A stretch of 60,687 nucleotides of DNA, filler included, from Blastocystis sp. subtype 4 (Eukaryota), in assembly GCF_000743755.1 (NCBI RefSeq). It is 7 parts of 7 records of this genome, joined end to end, with 100 filler letters (N's around TTAATTAATTAA, not from the genome) between each part and the next. Parts side by side here need not be neighbours in the genome. Positions count along the whole stretch, not along the records: positions 1 to 8,685 come from NW_014569181.1; positions 8,786 to 17,457 come from NW_014569180.1; 5 more parts are not named here. The stretch is one strand, 5' to 3'. The translations under genes and the position numbers were made by a program. The notes under the pieces are model-generated. The model saw nothing but the letters and a program-made list of their open reading frames with translations, had not been told where the DNA came from and did not search any database. Below are positions 1-11,089 of this stretch, one piece after another (within the stretch, counting starts at the first letter, position 1; each line of letters opens with the position of its first letter).

Positions 1-1338
1 CACTTTGAGTTCCTTCCATCGTGCCAAATGATAAGGAAGACGATCAATACGAGATAATGAGATTTGAGTCACAAGAGTAACGCCTGTGTATTCCTTATGA
101 ACATCTAAACATGAATGGGGTAAATGAGACAAACATGGCTGACGATGCCAAGAGGAACATGTTTGTTTGAATGGATTGAATTCAATCAGAGAATAGACTT
201 GACAATGTGAATACTGATGAACATCGGTACAATTCTTTGTCAAAAGAGAATAATGACGATTGAGAAAAGTTTCAAAACCTATGAATGAACATGAGAACAG
301 ATTCGAACTATGACAAGGTTCAGTAATAGGAGTAGGATTGGTATCAATTAGTGAATTGAAGTAGGATTTGACATTCCAGAGAGAGGAATCCTTTAACCTA
401 TAATACTCTTGAAAGTGCTTATCATAGCAGGCAAAAGAAGCAGAGTAAGGAAGATTACCACACTCCTGATCCCATTTACGAACAAGACTTAAAGAACTCG
501 GAGGTCCTGATCCCGTAGTTGATGTAGACTTAGGTTGAATTGAGGTTGAGGATATAGGTTTGGAATGAGTTGAAGCTGAAGGTATAGGTTTGGATTGAAT
601 TGAGGTTGAGGGTGTAGGTTTGGATTGAGTTGAAGTTGAGGGTGTAGGCTTGGGCTGACTTGAGGTTGAGGGTATAGGCTTGGATTGAGCTAAAGCTGAT
701 GGTGTAGGTTTGGGTTGAGTTGAGTTTGAGGCCGTAGACTTGGATTGAGCAGATGTTGAATTCATTGGAAGTGAAGAATGAGTTGGATTCACAGAAGCTG
801 AATGAGACGCACTAGAATTAGAAGCTGGGTTCACAGCAGGAGACGTAGCCTTGGAGGGAGTTGGACTTAACTGAACTGCTGAAGAAACAAATGGAGTTGG
901 CATCTCATTCTCCGTATTCACAGCTTTAGTAAAAGAATTGTTCTTACTCGAAGAACGATATGGTTGTAGTGATGGTTCTGCTCTAAGGTTAACAAAAGGT
1001 GTTGGGACACTAGTAGAATTAACTGAACGCAGTTCTGATCCATTCTTTGTAGGAATAACAAGAGGTGTTCCGATCCCTTGTCGAAGTTCATAAACTGGAT
1101 CTCTTCCACTTGTATTATTAGAAGCCAATATAGTATTGATACTACCAGTTGATAGAGTGGAGATACCAGTGGTTGGAATAACAGTTATTTCAGAAACAGA
1201 TAGAGCAGAAACTACATTCAGTTTCCCACTAAACCGATAAGAAAGAATACTAATAGATAATTGAGAAGTAGAAATAGGAATAAAAGACAGGAAGCAAATA
1301 AAGAATAGGAATGGAAGTAAAAAGAGAGATAGAATCAT
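1..1338 (-). CDS. Type II membrane glycosyltransferase, LARGE/GT49-like, with a mucin-like Ser/Thr/Pro stem (3' partial)
   Basis: Open frame from ATG at 1338 to the window edge; it has no stop, so it is absent from the ORF track. It has an N-terminal hydrophobic anchor (MILSLFLLPFLFFICFLSFIPI), an S/T/P-rich stem, a Cys-rich segment, and ends in GVTLVTQISLSRIDRLPYHLARWK, which resembles the GT49 N-terminal motif VTLVTQxSxDRL...W. Confidence 0.7.
   Translation of the reverse strand, partial: MILSLFLLPFLFFICFLSFIPISTSQLSISILSYRFSGKLNVVSALSVSEITVIPTTGISTLSTGSINTILASNNTSGRDPVYELRQGIGTPLVIPTKNGSELRSVNSTSVPTPFVNLRAEPSLQPYRSSSKNNSFTKAVNTENEMPTPFVSSAVQLSPTPSKATSPAVNPASNSSASHSASVNPTHSSLPMNSTSAQSKSTASNSTQPKPTPSALAQSKPIPSTSSQPKPTPSTSTQSKPTPSTSIQSKPIPSASTHSKPISSTSIQPKSTSTTGSGPPSSLSLVRKWDQECGNLPYSASFACYDKHFQEYYRLKDSSLWNVKSYFNSLIDTNPTPITEPCHSSNLFSCSFIGFETFLNRHYSLLTKNCTDVHQYSHCQVYSLIEFNPFKQTCSSWHRQPCLSHLPHSCLDVHKEYTGVTLVTQISLSRIDRLPYHLARWKELKV
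525..765 (-). repeat. About 7-8 imperfect 30-bp coding tandem repeats (unit approximately STSTQSKPTP)
   Basis: 30-nt periodicity of TGAGGTTGAGGGTGTAGGTTTGGATTGAGT-like units on the + strand. Confidence 0.9.
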
Positions 1339-1430
1339 TAGAATAACAAACTAAAGAAAACTAATTCATTAACTAACCAAAGATAAACTAATCACAAAAA
1401 CACAATTCATTATCAAATTCAATTCAAAAA

Positions 1431-1626
1431 TAGGACGGTGAGCATCACTCAACTATAGTGCAATATTAAGGACACTCTGCTAGTATCAATTTAGTAAACT
1501 AAATCAATAACCCGCCCAATTCAAAAATACAGGTGAAAAGGATGTACCCAGTGGGTACATTTTCAGTTTTCACACTGAAAAGAACAGATACTACACTTGA
1601 TCTTAGCCAAACGGCTGAGAAGGTAC
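1431..1626 (-). ncRNA. U2: U2 spliceosomal snRNA
   Basis: The minus strand reads GTACCTTCTCAGCCGTTTGGCTAAGATCAAGTGTAGTATCTGTTCTT, including the branch-point pairing sequence GTAGTA. Stems IIa and IIb, the Sm site ATTTTTG, stem III and stem IV with an ATTGCAC loop are all present. Ends are approximate. Confidence 0.95.
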
Positions 1627-1891
1627 GATTTTGTTTTCTTTCATTTCTTTTATACATTCCTTCTTTCTTCATTTTCATTATGGGTATTCATTTTCTTTCA
1701 TTCTTTCATTTTGATATTCATTTATTTTCTATCAAACATATCTCAACTATTACACCACTCTATCTCAGTTTCATGGTTTCTTTTGTGATGGTTGTTCTTT
1801 GTTAGTACTTCTTTGTTAGAACTTCAAACTACGAATTTAATCTTCTATTAGAACAATAGCCACATTTTGAAAGAAGATGAATTGATAAAAA

Positions 1892-1978
1892 GAGACAGCC
1901 TAGGAATCGAACCTAGGTCTTCCTAATTAATTAGATGAGCATTAAGGACGGAGGCTCTTCCATTGAGCTAACTGTCTC
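1892..1978 (-). ncRNA. tRNA-like gene with an aberrant, elongated anticodon arm (identity undetermined)
   Basis: Acceptor stem (G)AGACAGT/GCTGTCT(C), D arm GCTC-AATGGAA-GAGC, T arm CTAGG-TTCGATT-CCTAG and a downstream T5 run. The 37 nt between the D and T arms do not form a canonical anticodon arm. Confidence 0.75.
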
Positions 1979-2114
1979 ATTTCATTTTCTGTTTATATTA
2001 TTTATAAGGAAATACAAGAATCATCCTAACATTTCTTTCTCTTCTTGTTTTCAATCAGTATCATTGATCTCTTATATCCAGTAGTCCATTTAATAAGTTG
2101 TTGAAAAAGAAAAG

Positions 2115-2187
2115 TATCGGATGCGGGGATTGAACCCGCGACCTCTCGCGTGTGAAGCGAGCGTGATAGCCACTACACCAACCCGAC
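2115..2187 (-). tRNA. tRNA-Val(CAC)
   Basis: Full cloverleaf; anticodon arm CTCGC-TTCACAC-GCGAG; T arm GCGGG-TTCAATC-CCCGC; downstream T run. Confidence 0.95.
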
Positions 2188-2228
2188 CTATTTCCTAACT
2201 CCAACTAGTCCTTTATAAACAAACAGAC

Positions 2229-3721
2229 TCACACATACACACTATCATTATCTCCATAAACCTCAAATCCTTCTTCATCATCCTCTCCATTTCCATCAGC
2301 TAGATTCAGAGCATCTTCCAACTCTCCTAATGGCATCTCTTTCAATATGCTCTCAGTTGATCCTGCAAACGAAAGATCCAACATTCTTGAATAAGAACTC
2401 TTTGAACGCATATTACTGTTGATTCGTCTCTTTGTAGGACCAAACAAAGTCTATATCACAGAATTCACTAATCCTTACAGCATCTGTATCATATCCACAA
2501 CTATCAAGAAGAATTACTGCCTGCTTCTTCAACAGATTACGCAACTTCATCATATCTTCTGATGAAATCCATCCTCGTTTCTTGTCAAAAACAGATTGAG
2601 GATGTATTCGTTCAATTAGTTGTTCCATCTCCTTATCTTTCTATTCATTATTCCTCTTAACTTCTATTACTCTTACACCATACAGAGGATATCGATTATG
2701 GAGATTCAGCTCCATATCATATAACACAGGGAGAGAACGACTTCTAGGAGCTTCTTCTTTCAGTTTAGGCCGTTTGGAGAAACGAAACTCGATGTATTGA
2801 TACATCCACGCCTGAGGGCTCTTAGAAGGATCATAACCAAACCGAACCCATGACGATCGAAAAGGACCATCTGTGATAGCATATGCAACATAAGGAATAA
2901 CGAAAGTGGTTTCTGCTTGTATTGTAGAGAAAGACTCGTTTGGAAAATGATGCATAACTTCACGAACCAGATATCGCTTATCCCAGATAGGTTGCAGCTG
3001 AAACAACTGAGTTAGACATTCAGAGTACTTGGAATGACCATCTTCAGAACACAAAGGAGGAAGATCAGAACGAGGTTCTAGAGGAACTATGATCAAAACA
3101 AGCACAAAACACAACCAGGAGCATCTGAGGATACAAATATGTATGGCTTAGCATTGGATTTCTCTACAATGAATAGAAAGGAGAAAACAAACCTCGTTCA
3201 CTCGAAACATCACGAAGATTTATATCATATGGAGAAGTATATGTAGTGAAATGAATTGGACGCATAAATGCTAAGTGACTACAGTCAAGAAAGGAGAATA
3301 ACCCAACTCTTCAGTCGAAGTCGTGAATTCCTCGAAATAGGGAACAACACAATCTCCAAGAGTCTCATAGCAATTCCGTTCAGGAAGATATGAGAAGTCC
3401 ATCAAGTCACCTGTGTCATATTCCGATTTCACTATATTCTTAGGGCCCTAACTCACATTTACCCACTCCAACAATAGATCCATCCACATTCTCTCCCTCT
3501 TTACTGAGTTTCATTACAAGCTTATTTGAAGGTCTGGCATGTAAATCCACAGATCCCATAAAGGGATTGCCAGGAAATACTGCAACTGAAAGGTCTGTTC
3601 CTTGTTTCACTGTAGAAACAATATCCTCTTTTGTTCCAATCACTTCCTCAACGGATGCCTTGGATTCTAAAAACACTGGTAACTGAATCAAATAACACTC
3701 TTTCACACCCAATGATTCCAT
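2229..3721 (-). CDS. GTF3C5: TFIIIC subunit tau95/Tfc1 (multi-exon)
   Basis: Motifs LFQLQPIW, PYVAYAITDGPFRSSWVRFGYDP and YQYIEFR, plus an acidic C-terminus. Confidence 0.88.
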
Positions 3722-4242
3722 AGATTGTCTGGTGTATTTGAGACTCAACAGGTGATAGAATACAAGAATCGATCAATCCAAACAAACACTACTTTGGATG
3801 AGAAGTAGATTGAACAGAATCTCAATTCATTCGTTTGATCACAAGACAAAGAATTGAATAAGATAAGAAGTGAGTAAGAATGAAGTGAGAGATGAATTGA
3901 CAGTAATTCCTTTCCAAATCTCTCTATAAACGAATAAATAGTCTATTGGAACCATTGGATCAACAAATCACTTCCATTCTCAAAACAAGCTCAACAAACT
4001 ATCTCTCTATTAGTATCCATAGAGAACCTCAAATTCATTTATTGGATCAAAGAGAACAGTCTTACAAAGAGGATAAATTATATATCAAAGTGATCCTATA
4101 ATGAAAACTATAGGAAGAGAATGAGGTAATTATGTGAATAATAATGGGTATTATAAATGGAAAGTCCCCAAATATGTGTCTCATGCCGTTCTAGATTGGA
4201 TTGTAAGATAATACTCAATCTTCGCTTTCTCAATCTTGCAAG

Positions 4243-5743
4243 ATGATTTCCCAGTTCTTCATTCTATCAGACAGAGGAGATAGAATTATTCTCAAGGATT
4301 GTGAGTGGTTTTGNTGACTGATGAGTACTAGTCCGTTTTGATACTCCTATCACCTCCTGTGAGAAGTTCCTTCGTGTTGTGCGTTCCTGGCCCAACGGAG
4401 ACGCTCCTCCAGTGTTTGTAAGTGATGAAAGATAGAAACGAGTTGTAGGTCAATGGAGCTATTACCTATATCTATGAGAAGAAGAATGGCCTGTATTTTG
4501 TGATCAACACAAAGGTAGGAGAGGAATGGAGTATTGAGGAATAGATGAATATGTCTCCTGCACTAGGTGTGGAGTTGTTGAACCGAATNNNNNNAAGGAT
4601 TATTGTGGTATGTTGACGGAAGAAGCAGTACGTAAGAACTTTGCTTTGATCTATGAATTGTTGGATGAGGCAATTGTAGAGATATTGAATTGTATTGATA
4701 GATAGGACTTTGGATATCCTCAGGATACAACAAGTGAGGCCCTTGCTAATTATGTCCATAACAAGCCTATTGTGATTTCAGATCCTCGCGTATGGATGAG
4801 AGAGGGAGATGAGTGTATAGAAGAATGTGATTGGTGATGTGAACAAGTCAGTGTTGGCAGATCGAGACAAGAAGAAGAGACTCAACGAGTTGTATGTGGA
4901 TGTCTTCGAGCGTCTGAATGTGATGATGAATATGCAGGGTGAGGTGTTGTCACAGTCGATCGATGGTTCTATCACGATGCGATCCTTCTTGGGCGGTTGT
5001 CCTCCTGTTCGTATGTTACTGGCACAGAACCTGTTGGTGGGAAAGGATACTCCAATTCCATNNNNNNNNNNNNNNNNNACAGCAGATGACTTCATCATTG
5101 TGGATGATATGAACTTCCATGAATGCATGAAGCTGGATCAGTTTGAATCAGAGCGTCTCTTGGGATTCATCCCTCCTGAAGGAGAATTCACTGCTTGCAA
5201 CTATCGAATTACGACTTCCTTCCGTTCTCCTTTCACCATCCGTCCACTGGTGGAGGAGAAGAGTGAAACGAAGATCGAACTGATTCTACAGGTGCGTACA
5301 GAGTTTGAGGCGGATGTGGATGCTACGAATGTCTTTATCTCGCTTCATTCACCTCACGACACTACGACCTGCTCGATCACTCCTGATGCACAGGGACAAA
5401 TGAAGGAGTACCGAGAGAAGGAACATCGTGTGTTGTGGATGATTAGCAAGGTGATGGGACAGAAGGAGTATTTCCTGAAGGTAGTATTCAATCTGGAAAA
5501 GCCTGCGAACCAATTCATCACAAAGGAGATTGGTCCGATTGCGTAGGAATGAGGAGAGGTTGTGAGTATAGAATCAACTTTGAGATTCCGAACTATCAGG
5601 TGTCGGGACTGCGAATCAAGGGTTTGGCTGTGGATACTCAGGATAAGAATTACAATGCGTAGGAGAAGAGGACACGAATGAGGTGTAGACACAGATACAT
5701 TCGATACATCACTCAGTCGAATAGCTATTGTTGCAGACTGTAG
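4243..5743 (+). CDS. AP4M1: Adaptor complex medium subunit, AP-4 mu (multi-exon)
   Basis: Starts MISQFFILSDRGD (AP-4 mu-type N-terminus); VRKNFALIYELLDE, NELYVDVFERL, FIPPEGEF...YR; ends RYITQSNSYCCRL. Confidence 0.88.
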
Positions 5744-5860
5744 TTTTGCTATTGTTGCGTTTTGGGTTGTTTGTTGGAATCAAATCGGCGTTTTGGCAAT
5801 TGTCGTTTTCTGTCTAACAATCATCACTACTCTCGACTTTGTTACTCGATTGTATTTTAA

Positions 5861-8685
5861 ATGGAATTAACAACGTCGGAGAAGAAAGAAAGTACCATTT
5901 TCATCAAGAATTTGCCTGCTGATATTACAACCGCTGTAGATTTGTATTCATTGAATTATCTGATTGCTTAGCAACTCGAAAGTTCATTTGATGAGTTTGG
6001 TCCTGTTCGTAGAGCGATTATTGTCAATGTATTGTTGATTTTGGTATTTGATCAATAGGATAAGAATGGAGTCTCTCGAGGATTTGGTTATGTGGAATTG
6101 TTCAGTTAGTTGTTGGATGTGATGGGTAGTGTTATGCCAGAGGATGCAGAAGTGGCAGCAAAGAAATTGAATCAAAAAGAATTCTTTGGGAAAGTCGTAA
6201 AGGTTGAAATAGCAAAGCCAAAGAAGAAGGGTATGAATGTGAATTGCAGGATTGATCCTAAGAGAAAGCAGTAGGATCCGAATCTCAAACGAAAGAGTCT
6301 GAAGTGGGTAAATCGGCAGAAGCTGAAACTCCAGAAGTTGTCAAGTCCTCAGAAGTATCTGGAACATCCCTCTCTGAAGAGAAACAAGAGGAAAAGAAGA
6401 TTCGACTAAGCACAATTGTGGTGTTTGGAATTCAACGAGGAATGAAATGGGAGACTTTATTCCAGAAGTGAGTCTGATTGAGTGATAATCAGAGATAGAC
6501 TGGATCCAATCATCAACAAAGCCAACAAGAAGAAACGAGGTCATTCATTGGTGTTAAAGAAAGGATGCGAAGAGAATGAATTGAAGTGGCCTTGCGTTGC
6601 TCCCTTTGCTGTGACTTCAGATGATGAGTCCTATGGAATTGTATCAGAACAACCCAAAGAATGGAAGCCTGTGGCTCATATTGTAGTTCCAGAAGCGAAT
6701 CGTTCTCAAATGAAGCAAGTAGGTGAGAGAGATGAGATGAGATGTAGATTGTCCATGATCTCGCTGAAGTCAAGGGACTGTTTCCTCGTCGATTATCAAG
6801 TATCCCTGCAAATCGNNNNNNNNNNNNNNNNNNNNNNNNNNNNNNNNNNNNNTATGAGCGTAGATGACAGAGACGAGACTGTATAATCTCTTCAGTATCC
6901 ATGTTCCTATTCATAGTATTACTCTACCAACACATGAAGAGAAGGGTCAGAAGATGTGTCGTGGTTATGGTTTCCTTCAGTGTTATTGTAATCAGGATAC
7001 TGAGGATGTGATTGAGAAGATGAATGGAGTGAGTGTGAATGTGAGAGAATGATATGAGGATAAGGAATAGAATCGAGTGATTGTGTGTGATCAGTCTGTG
7101 AGCAAGGCACAGTATCAGAAGCAACAGCAAGAAGAGGAAATGGAACAAGTAGAGGAACAAGAAGAAGAGAAAGAACCAAAGGAAGAAACTGAAGATGAGG
7201 AAGAGAAGGAAGAAGACGAACAAGCTTCTATTTCCTCAGCTTCAATGGAAGAGGAACCTAAAAGTCAAATCTACTCCATCAGTGTATGGAGATGCTCAGG
7301 AAGGTCGTACTGTCTTCATTCGTATTCGTTCTCTTCGACTCTTACTCTCAGAGAATGTCCCTCTGGATGCTACTCAGAAAGATCTCTTTCAGTTCTTCCG
7401 TTCATATGGTGAGATTGAGTCAGTGAAAGTGTGTAAGGATAAGTCAGTTCAATCTCTCTTTTAAACTCTAGACTCACACAATTGTCGCGTGGTACTGCCT
7501 TTATCAAGTTTAAGGATATTTCAACAGCTGATAGTTTGATAACGAAGTATGAGAAGATTCGAATCAATCCAAAGGAGAAGAAAGAGATGAAAGAGGAAGG
7601 TGAGAGAAAGAAGAGATTCTGAGGTATAGAGCAATTGATATTCCGAGGCAGGAATCTCCTTCTCTCACGTGCTGTAACTCGAAAGGATCTGAAACAGTAC
7701 TTGTGAAAAGAATGAGTGATGGATAGAAGAATGGCAGAACGTGAAATGGCAGCAAAGGATAATCGAAATACTTACTTGTTAACAGAAGGAGAGATAGATG
7801 AAGAGAATCGAGGTGATATGAATGATCGAGGTAATGTCCATTGAATGACTGATTGATCAGATTTTGAAAAACGTCAACAGAATCAAAAGGAGAAGGAGAC
7901 TAAGCTTCGGAATCCATTGTTCTTTGTGAATCCACATCGATTGCTTGTTAAGAATCTGGGTCCTCATATTACAAGCAACTATTTGAAGCAGATCTGTATT
8001 TAGTAAGAATCTGATCATATCTTTCAGAATAGTGCCACCAAACAAGGGATTGCCCTCTCTCTTGTGGATTTACATGAAGTGAAACTGACCTTACGACCAA
8101 AAGATGGGATAATTTCGACAAATGTCATCATTACACAGAGTGTGGTACAACAACTCTCTCTTCTTCTCACTTTCAGGTCCCTCAAGCTGAGGATCGTTCT
8201 GCTTCTAAGGCTTCACGTGGATTCGGTTTTGTTGAATTCAAGGAGCATATTCATGCATTGGAGTGTTTGCGATTCCTCAACAATAACCCTGCTTTCGCCT
8301 GGGCTGCCTTCCGAACTCCTTCTCTTGTTGCTTTGTATGAGCGATGTGGAGAGACTCTGGAGAACAATCCTCATGTCCTGGCTAAACTTGTAGGAAGAGA
8401 GAAGGAATGAATTAGTTGTAGGATATTCCACATCTGATGGAAATGAAACTTCCAAAGAATAAAACCGGAGAATCGGCTTCAAGATTGATTGTGGAGTTTG
8501 CAGTATCGAATCATAACGTATTGAAGCAACAAAGAGACAGACATAAGGAGAAGAAAGTAGAAGAATCTGTTGTGACTCCAAAGGAGAGTACGAAGAGGGA
8601 GTTCTTCGATATCAGTAGTAAGGATAAGAAACAAGCGAGAGCTCAGTTCCAGTCAAAACGAACGAGGAAGATTCGTGGAGATTAT
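5861..8685 (+). CDS. RBM28: Multi-RRM nucleolar protein Nop4/RBM28 (3' end lost at contig linker)
   Basis: RRMs with SRGFGYVE, CRGYGF, SRGTAFIKF and SRGFGFVEF; also KDNRNTYLL, LRNPLFFVNPHRLLVKNL and RLIVEFA. Confidence 0.85.
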
Positions 8686-8785
8686 NNNNNNNNNNNNNNN
8701 NNNNNNNNNNNNNNNNNNNNNNNNNNNNNTTAATTAATTAANNNNNNNNNNNNNNNNNNNNNNNNNNNNNNNNNNNNNNNNNNNN
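8686..8785. other. Assembly linker (N44-TTAATTAATTAA-N44); identical linkers at 17458-17557, 26213-26312, 34929-35028, 43622-43721 and 52143-52242
   Basis: A six-frame stop spacer embedded in Ns, 100 nt each time. Confidence 0.98.
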
Positions 8786-8884
8786 CGTAGCAGAATTGGT
8801 TATTCTCATAAGGTAACTCGTGAGGATGCCATGGAATGGTTCAAGAAACAGTATGATGGTATCATTCTTGATAAGGCCAAGTAA
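8786..8884 (+). CDS. RPL11: 60S ribosomal protein L11 (uL5), 3' fragment
   Basis: RSRIGYSHKVTREDAMEWFKKQYDGIILDKAK* matches the uL5 C-terminus. Confidence 0.9.
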   Translation, partial: RSRIGYSHKVTREDAMEWFKKQYDGIILDKAK

Positions 8885-8948
8885 TGCGACTGTTGGAACA
8901 AAGATTATCTGCCTAATTGACTTTTTGTTTGTTAGGATCTTTATTTGA

Positions 8949-10254
8949 ATGGGACGTCATTCCCAAAGACACAGTTCGGAGAGTCGACACCATCGTAATG
9001 AAGATTGGTTTAAACTTACCGAATAGGGTCCAGAAATCATCAATCATCTTGTCATAACCTAACAGAGGAAGTAGGATCTGTAGATAATGACTTAGAGTGT
9101 AGCAACGAGCTCGACGATCCATTGTAATCTCAAACCTCCCACCGTCAATTAAACGAGTAAATTTCTGTGAATGAAGTGAATGGATAGAAACACATCATTG
9201 CAGGGTTTTCGGTTCTTGGTCATATCTTCTCATGTGACTATCAGAACAATGGCTCGTAATTATGTATTTTAGATATGAGGATTAGGTCCGAAACAGATGC
9301 CTCTTATAGAGTGACATATGATAAGCCTGTATCTGCAGTTCAGGCAGTTACGTGTTTGAACAATCATTTTTGTCGAGGAAGTCAACTACATGTAATGACA
9401 TGAAGGGATTTTCATGTAGGTTGCTATGATCGAATGCAGCGATTCCACTACAAGGTCTACGTCAATAGAAAGCAAACCGTATCATTGGATAGGTGGTTAA
9501 ATTAAGGTCTATAATATATATTCAAAATATCGATCCAAATATATCATCCAGAGCTATTGAAGTCCTTTTGTATTTGTATTGTTATTATTAGAGTCTCTTT
9601 AGTGCTTTTGGAAAGATCAATCTTTGTAAGGTAGTTAGCGATAATCCTTTTGTTGTCACTATTCATTTTGCTGATCCAAATGCGGGAAAGAAAGCTATCA
9701 ATGTATGTTTTGGGGTGCTGATGGACTGAAGGGAATGAATTCATTTTCGTTGAAAGGAAGACCGCTACGGATCCTTGACGATATACAATATTTACAGGAG
9801 AAGTCCAAAGAACAGATTCGTCCCAGTATTGAGACGGTTGGATTTGTTGACTATAAAGCTAAAAGGAACAGTAATTCGATTTCAAATGTTTGGATACTTC
9901 ATTTCTTCAATTTAAGAGTTGTGTCACACTTATTACCGGGTTTTCTGAAGGGATTGATGTCCGAGACCCATCAACAATCGCAGAACTCAAACGAATCGCT
10001 GTAGAACATGGCAAGGTGCATTTTCGATTATTCTTTGATTTCTAGTTGAAAGACATGAAATATGTTGAAGTTAATGGAGAGAAGAGACTCTTTTTGAAGT
10101 TTGCAAATTCATATTCGGCTTCTATTGTTATTGTTCGTTGTTTGAATCATGTGTTAGGCTGCTAAAGGATTTGCAGGCCTACTGTTCAATAGTTGTCGGT
10201 TAAAAGCACGACAATATGATTTTAAACAATACTCCCTGAACAATTATTCAGAAT
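8949..10254 (+). CDS. Splicing-factor-like protein with two RRMs and a C-terminal UHM-like RRM (RBM39/PUF60/U2AF2 type); stop probably created by poly(A)
   Basis: RRSIVISNLPP, SLYIQNIDPN, LKGMNSFSLKGRPLRI, then ELKRIAVEHGK...LFLKFANS...AAKGFAGLLFN. Confidence 0.6.
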
Positions 10255-10258
10255 CAAG

Positions 10259-10266
10259 TGTTTGTT
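10259..10266 (+). terminator. GU-rich polyadenylation element TGTTTGTT (example; similar elements follow most genes)
   Basis: Exact copies also at 5768, 21506, 45156 and 52361 (+ strand), and at 2218-2225, 25395-25402, 43504-43511 and 51775-51782 (- strand), each just 3' of a CDS. Confidence 0.85.
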
Positions 10267-10293
10267 GAATTATGTATCAAAAATAAACACATA

Positions 10294-11089
10294 TAATGAG
10301 GAACATCTGGAAGAGCAGCAGACATCCTAGCCGCATCTGCCTGTTGTGAAGGTAAAGCATGTGCACCTGCCAACCCAATGTCTATCCATCACACCACATA
10401 TCAGTTCATACCACTCATTTTCACCCCGGCAACTTCCATGAGGACTTTATCCATTTCTTCATCAACCAACTCAGACTCGGGCTCAGGGCCAATGTCCATT
10501 AGCTCCATGTTAATATCATTCCTCATCATTTCCTTTTGGAACTCTGCAGCGACTTGCTGCATCTCCTTTGGATCCATGCCCCTACAGATTAACTCTCACT
10601 AATTCATCAACTCTCCAATAAGCTTCATTGTGATGGCCCCCTTCTTCATTGCCTCCATTTGAAGGATTTGAGCTAATTATAAACAATACAAAAAACCATC
10701 ACCCTTATTCACAGTAATGGTAGTCACCATCGATTCAATATTTGCTCTTACAGCTATCATCTTCTCAATGCCATGTTGAAGAAGAACTCGAGACTTACAT
10801 TTCGCTTTCAAGACAGCAGGAGATGCTCCCTACGTCTTACAACCATGGAATCACTTCTACAGACTTTGCTGACTTTTTAATATCGGCATCTACTTTCTTT
10901 TGTTCTCTCTCCATAGCTATGTGTCGTACAGTAAAACAATTCCGTACTTCGAATCTGCCTATCAATTGAACGAACATTTGCGCGAAGATCCTTCTTCATA
11001 TCCTGATACTACAATTTGAAGAAAAAAACAATTCAAACTTTCTCATCGGGTGTGCGTGTATCTTTTGGTCCAAATAATCCTTTAAACAT
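10294..11089 (-). CDS. VPS24: ESCRT-III subunit Vps24/CHMP3-like; stop probably created by poly(A)
   Basis: MFKGLFGPK...KKDLRANVRSIDRQIR...EREQKKV; EMQQVAAEFQKEMMR; VDEEMDKVLMEV. Confidence 0.75.

Noticed and set aside
1533..1805. Hydrophobic ORFs at 1533-1805 and 1597-1788
   Set aside because: They are antisense to U2 and its low-complexity upstream region, so they are spurious.
2229..3721. Functional clustering of the TFIIIC subunit gene with tRNA genes, and of splicing genes across the window
   Set aside because: It is a single adjacency in a gene-dense genome, and the splicing genes lie on unlinked contigs.
8730..8741. TTAATTAATTAA recurring about every 8.7 kb as a periodic element
   Set aside because: It is always centred in Ns, so it is an artificial six-frame stop linker.
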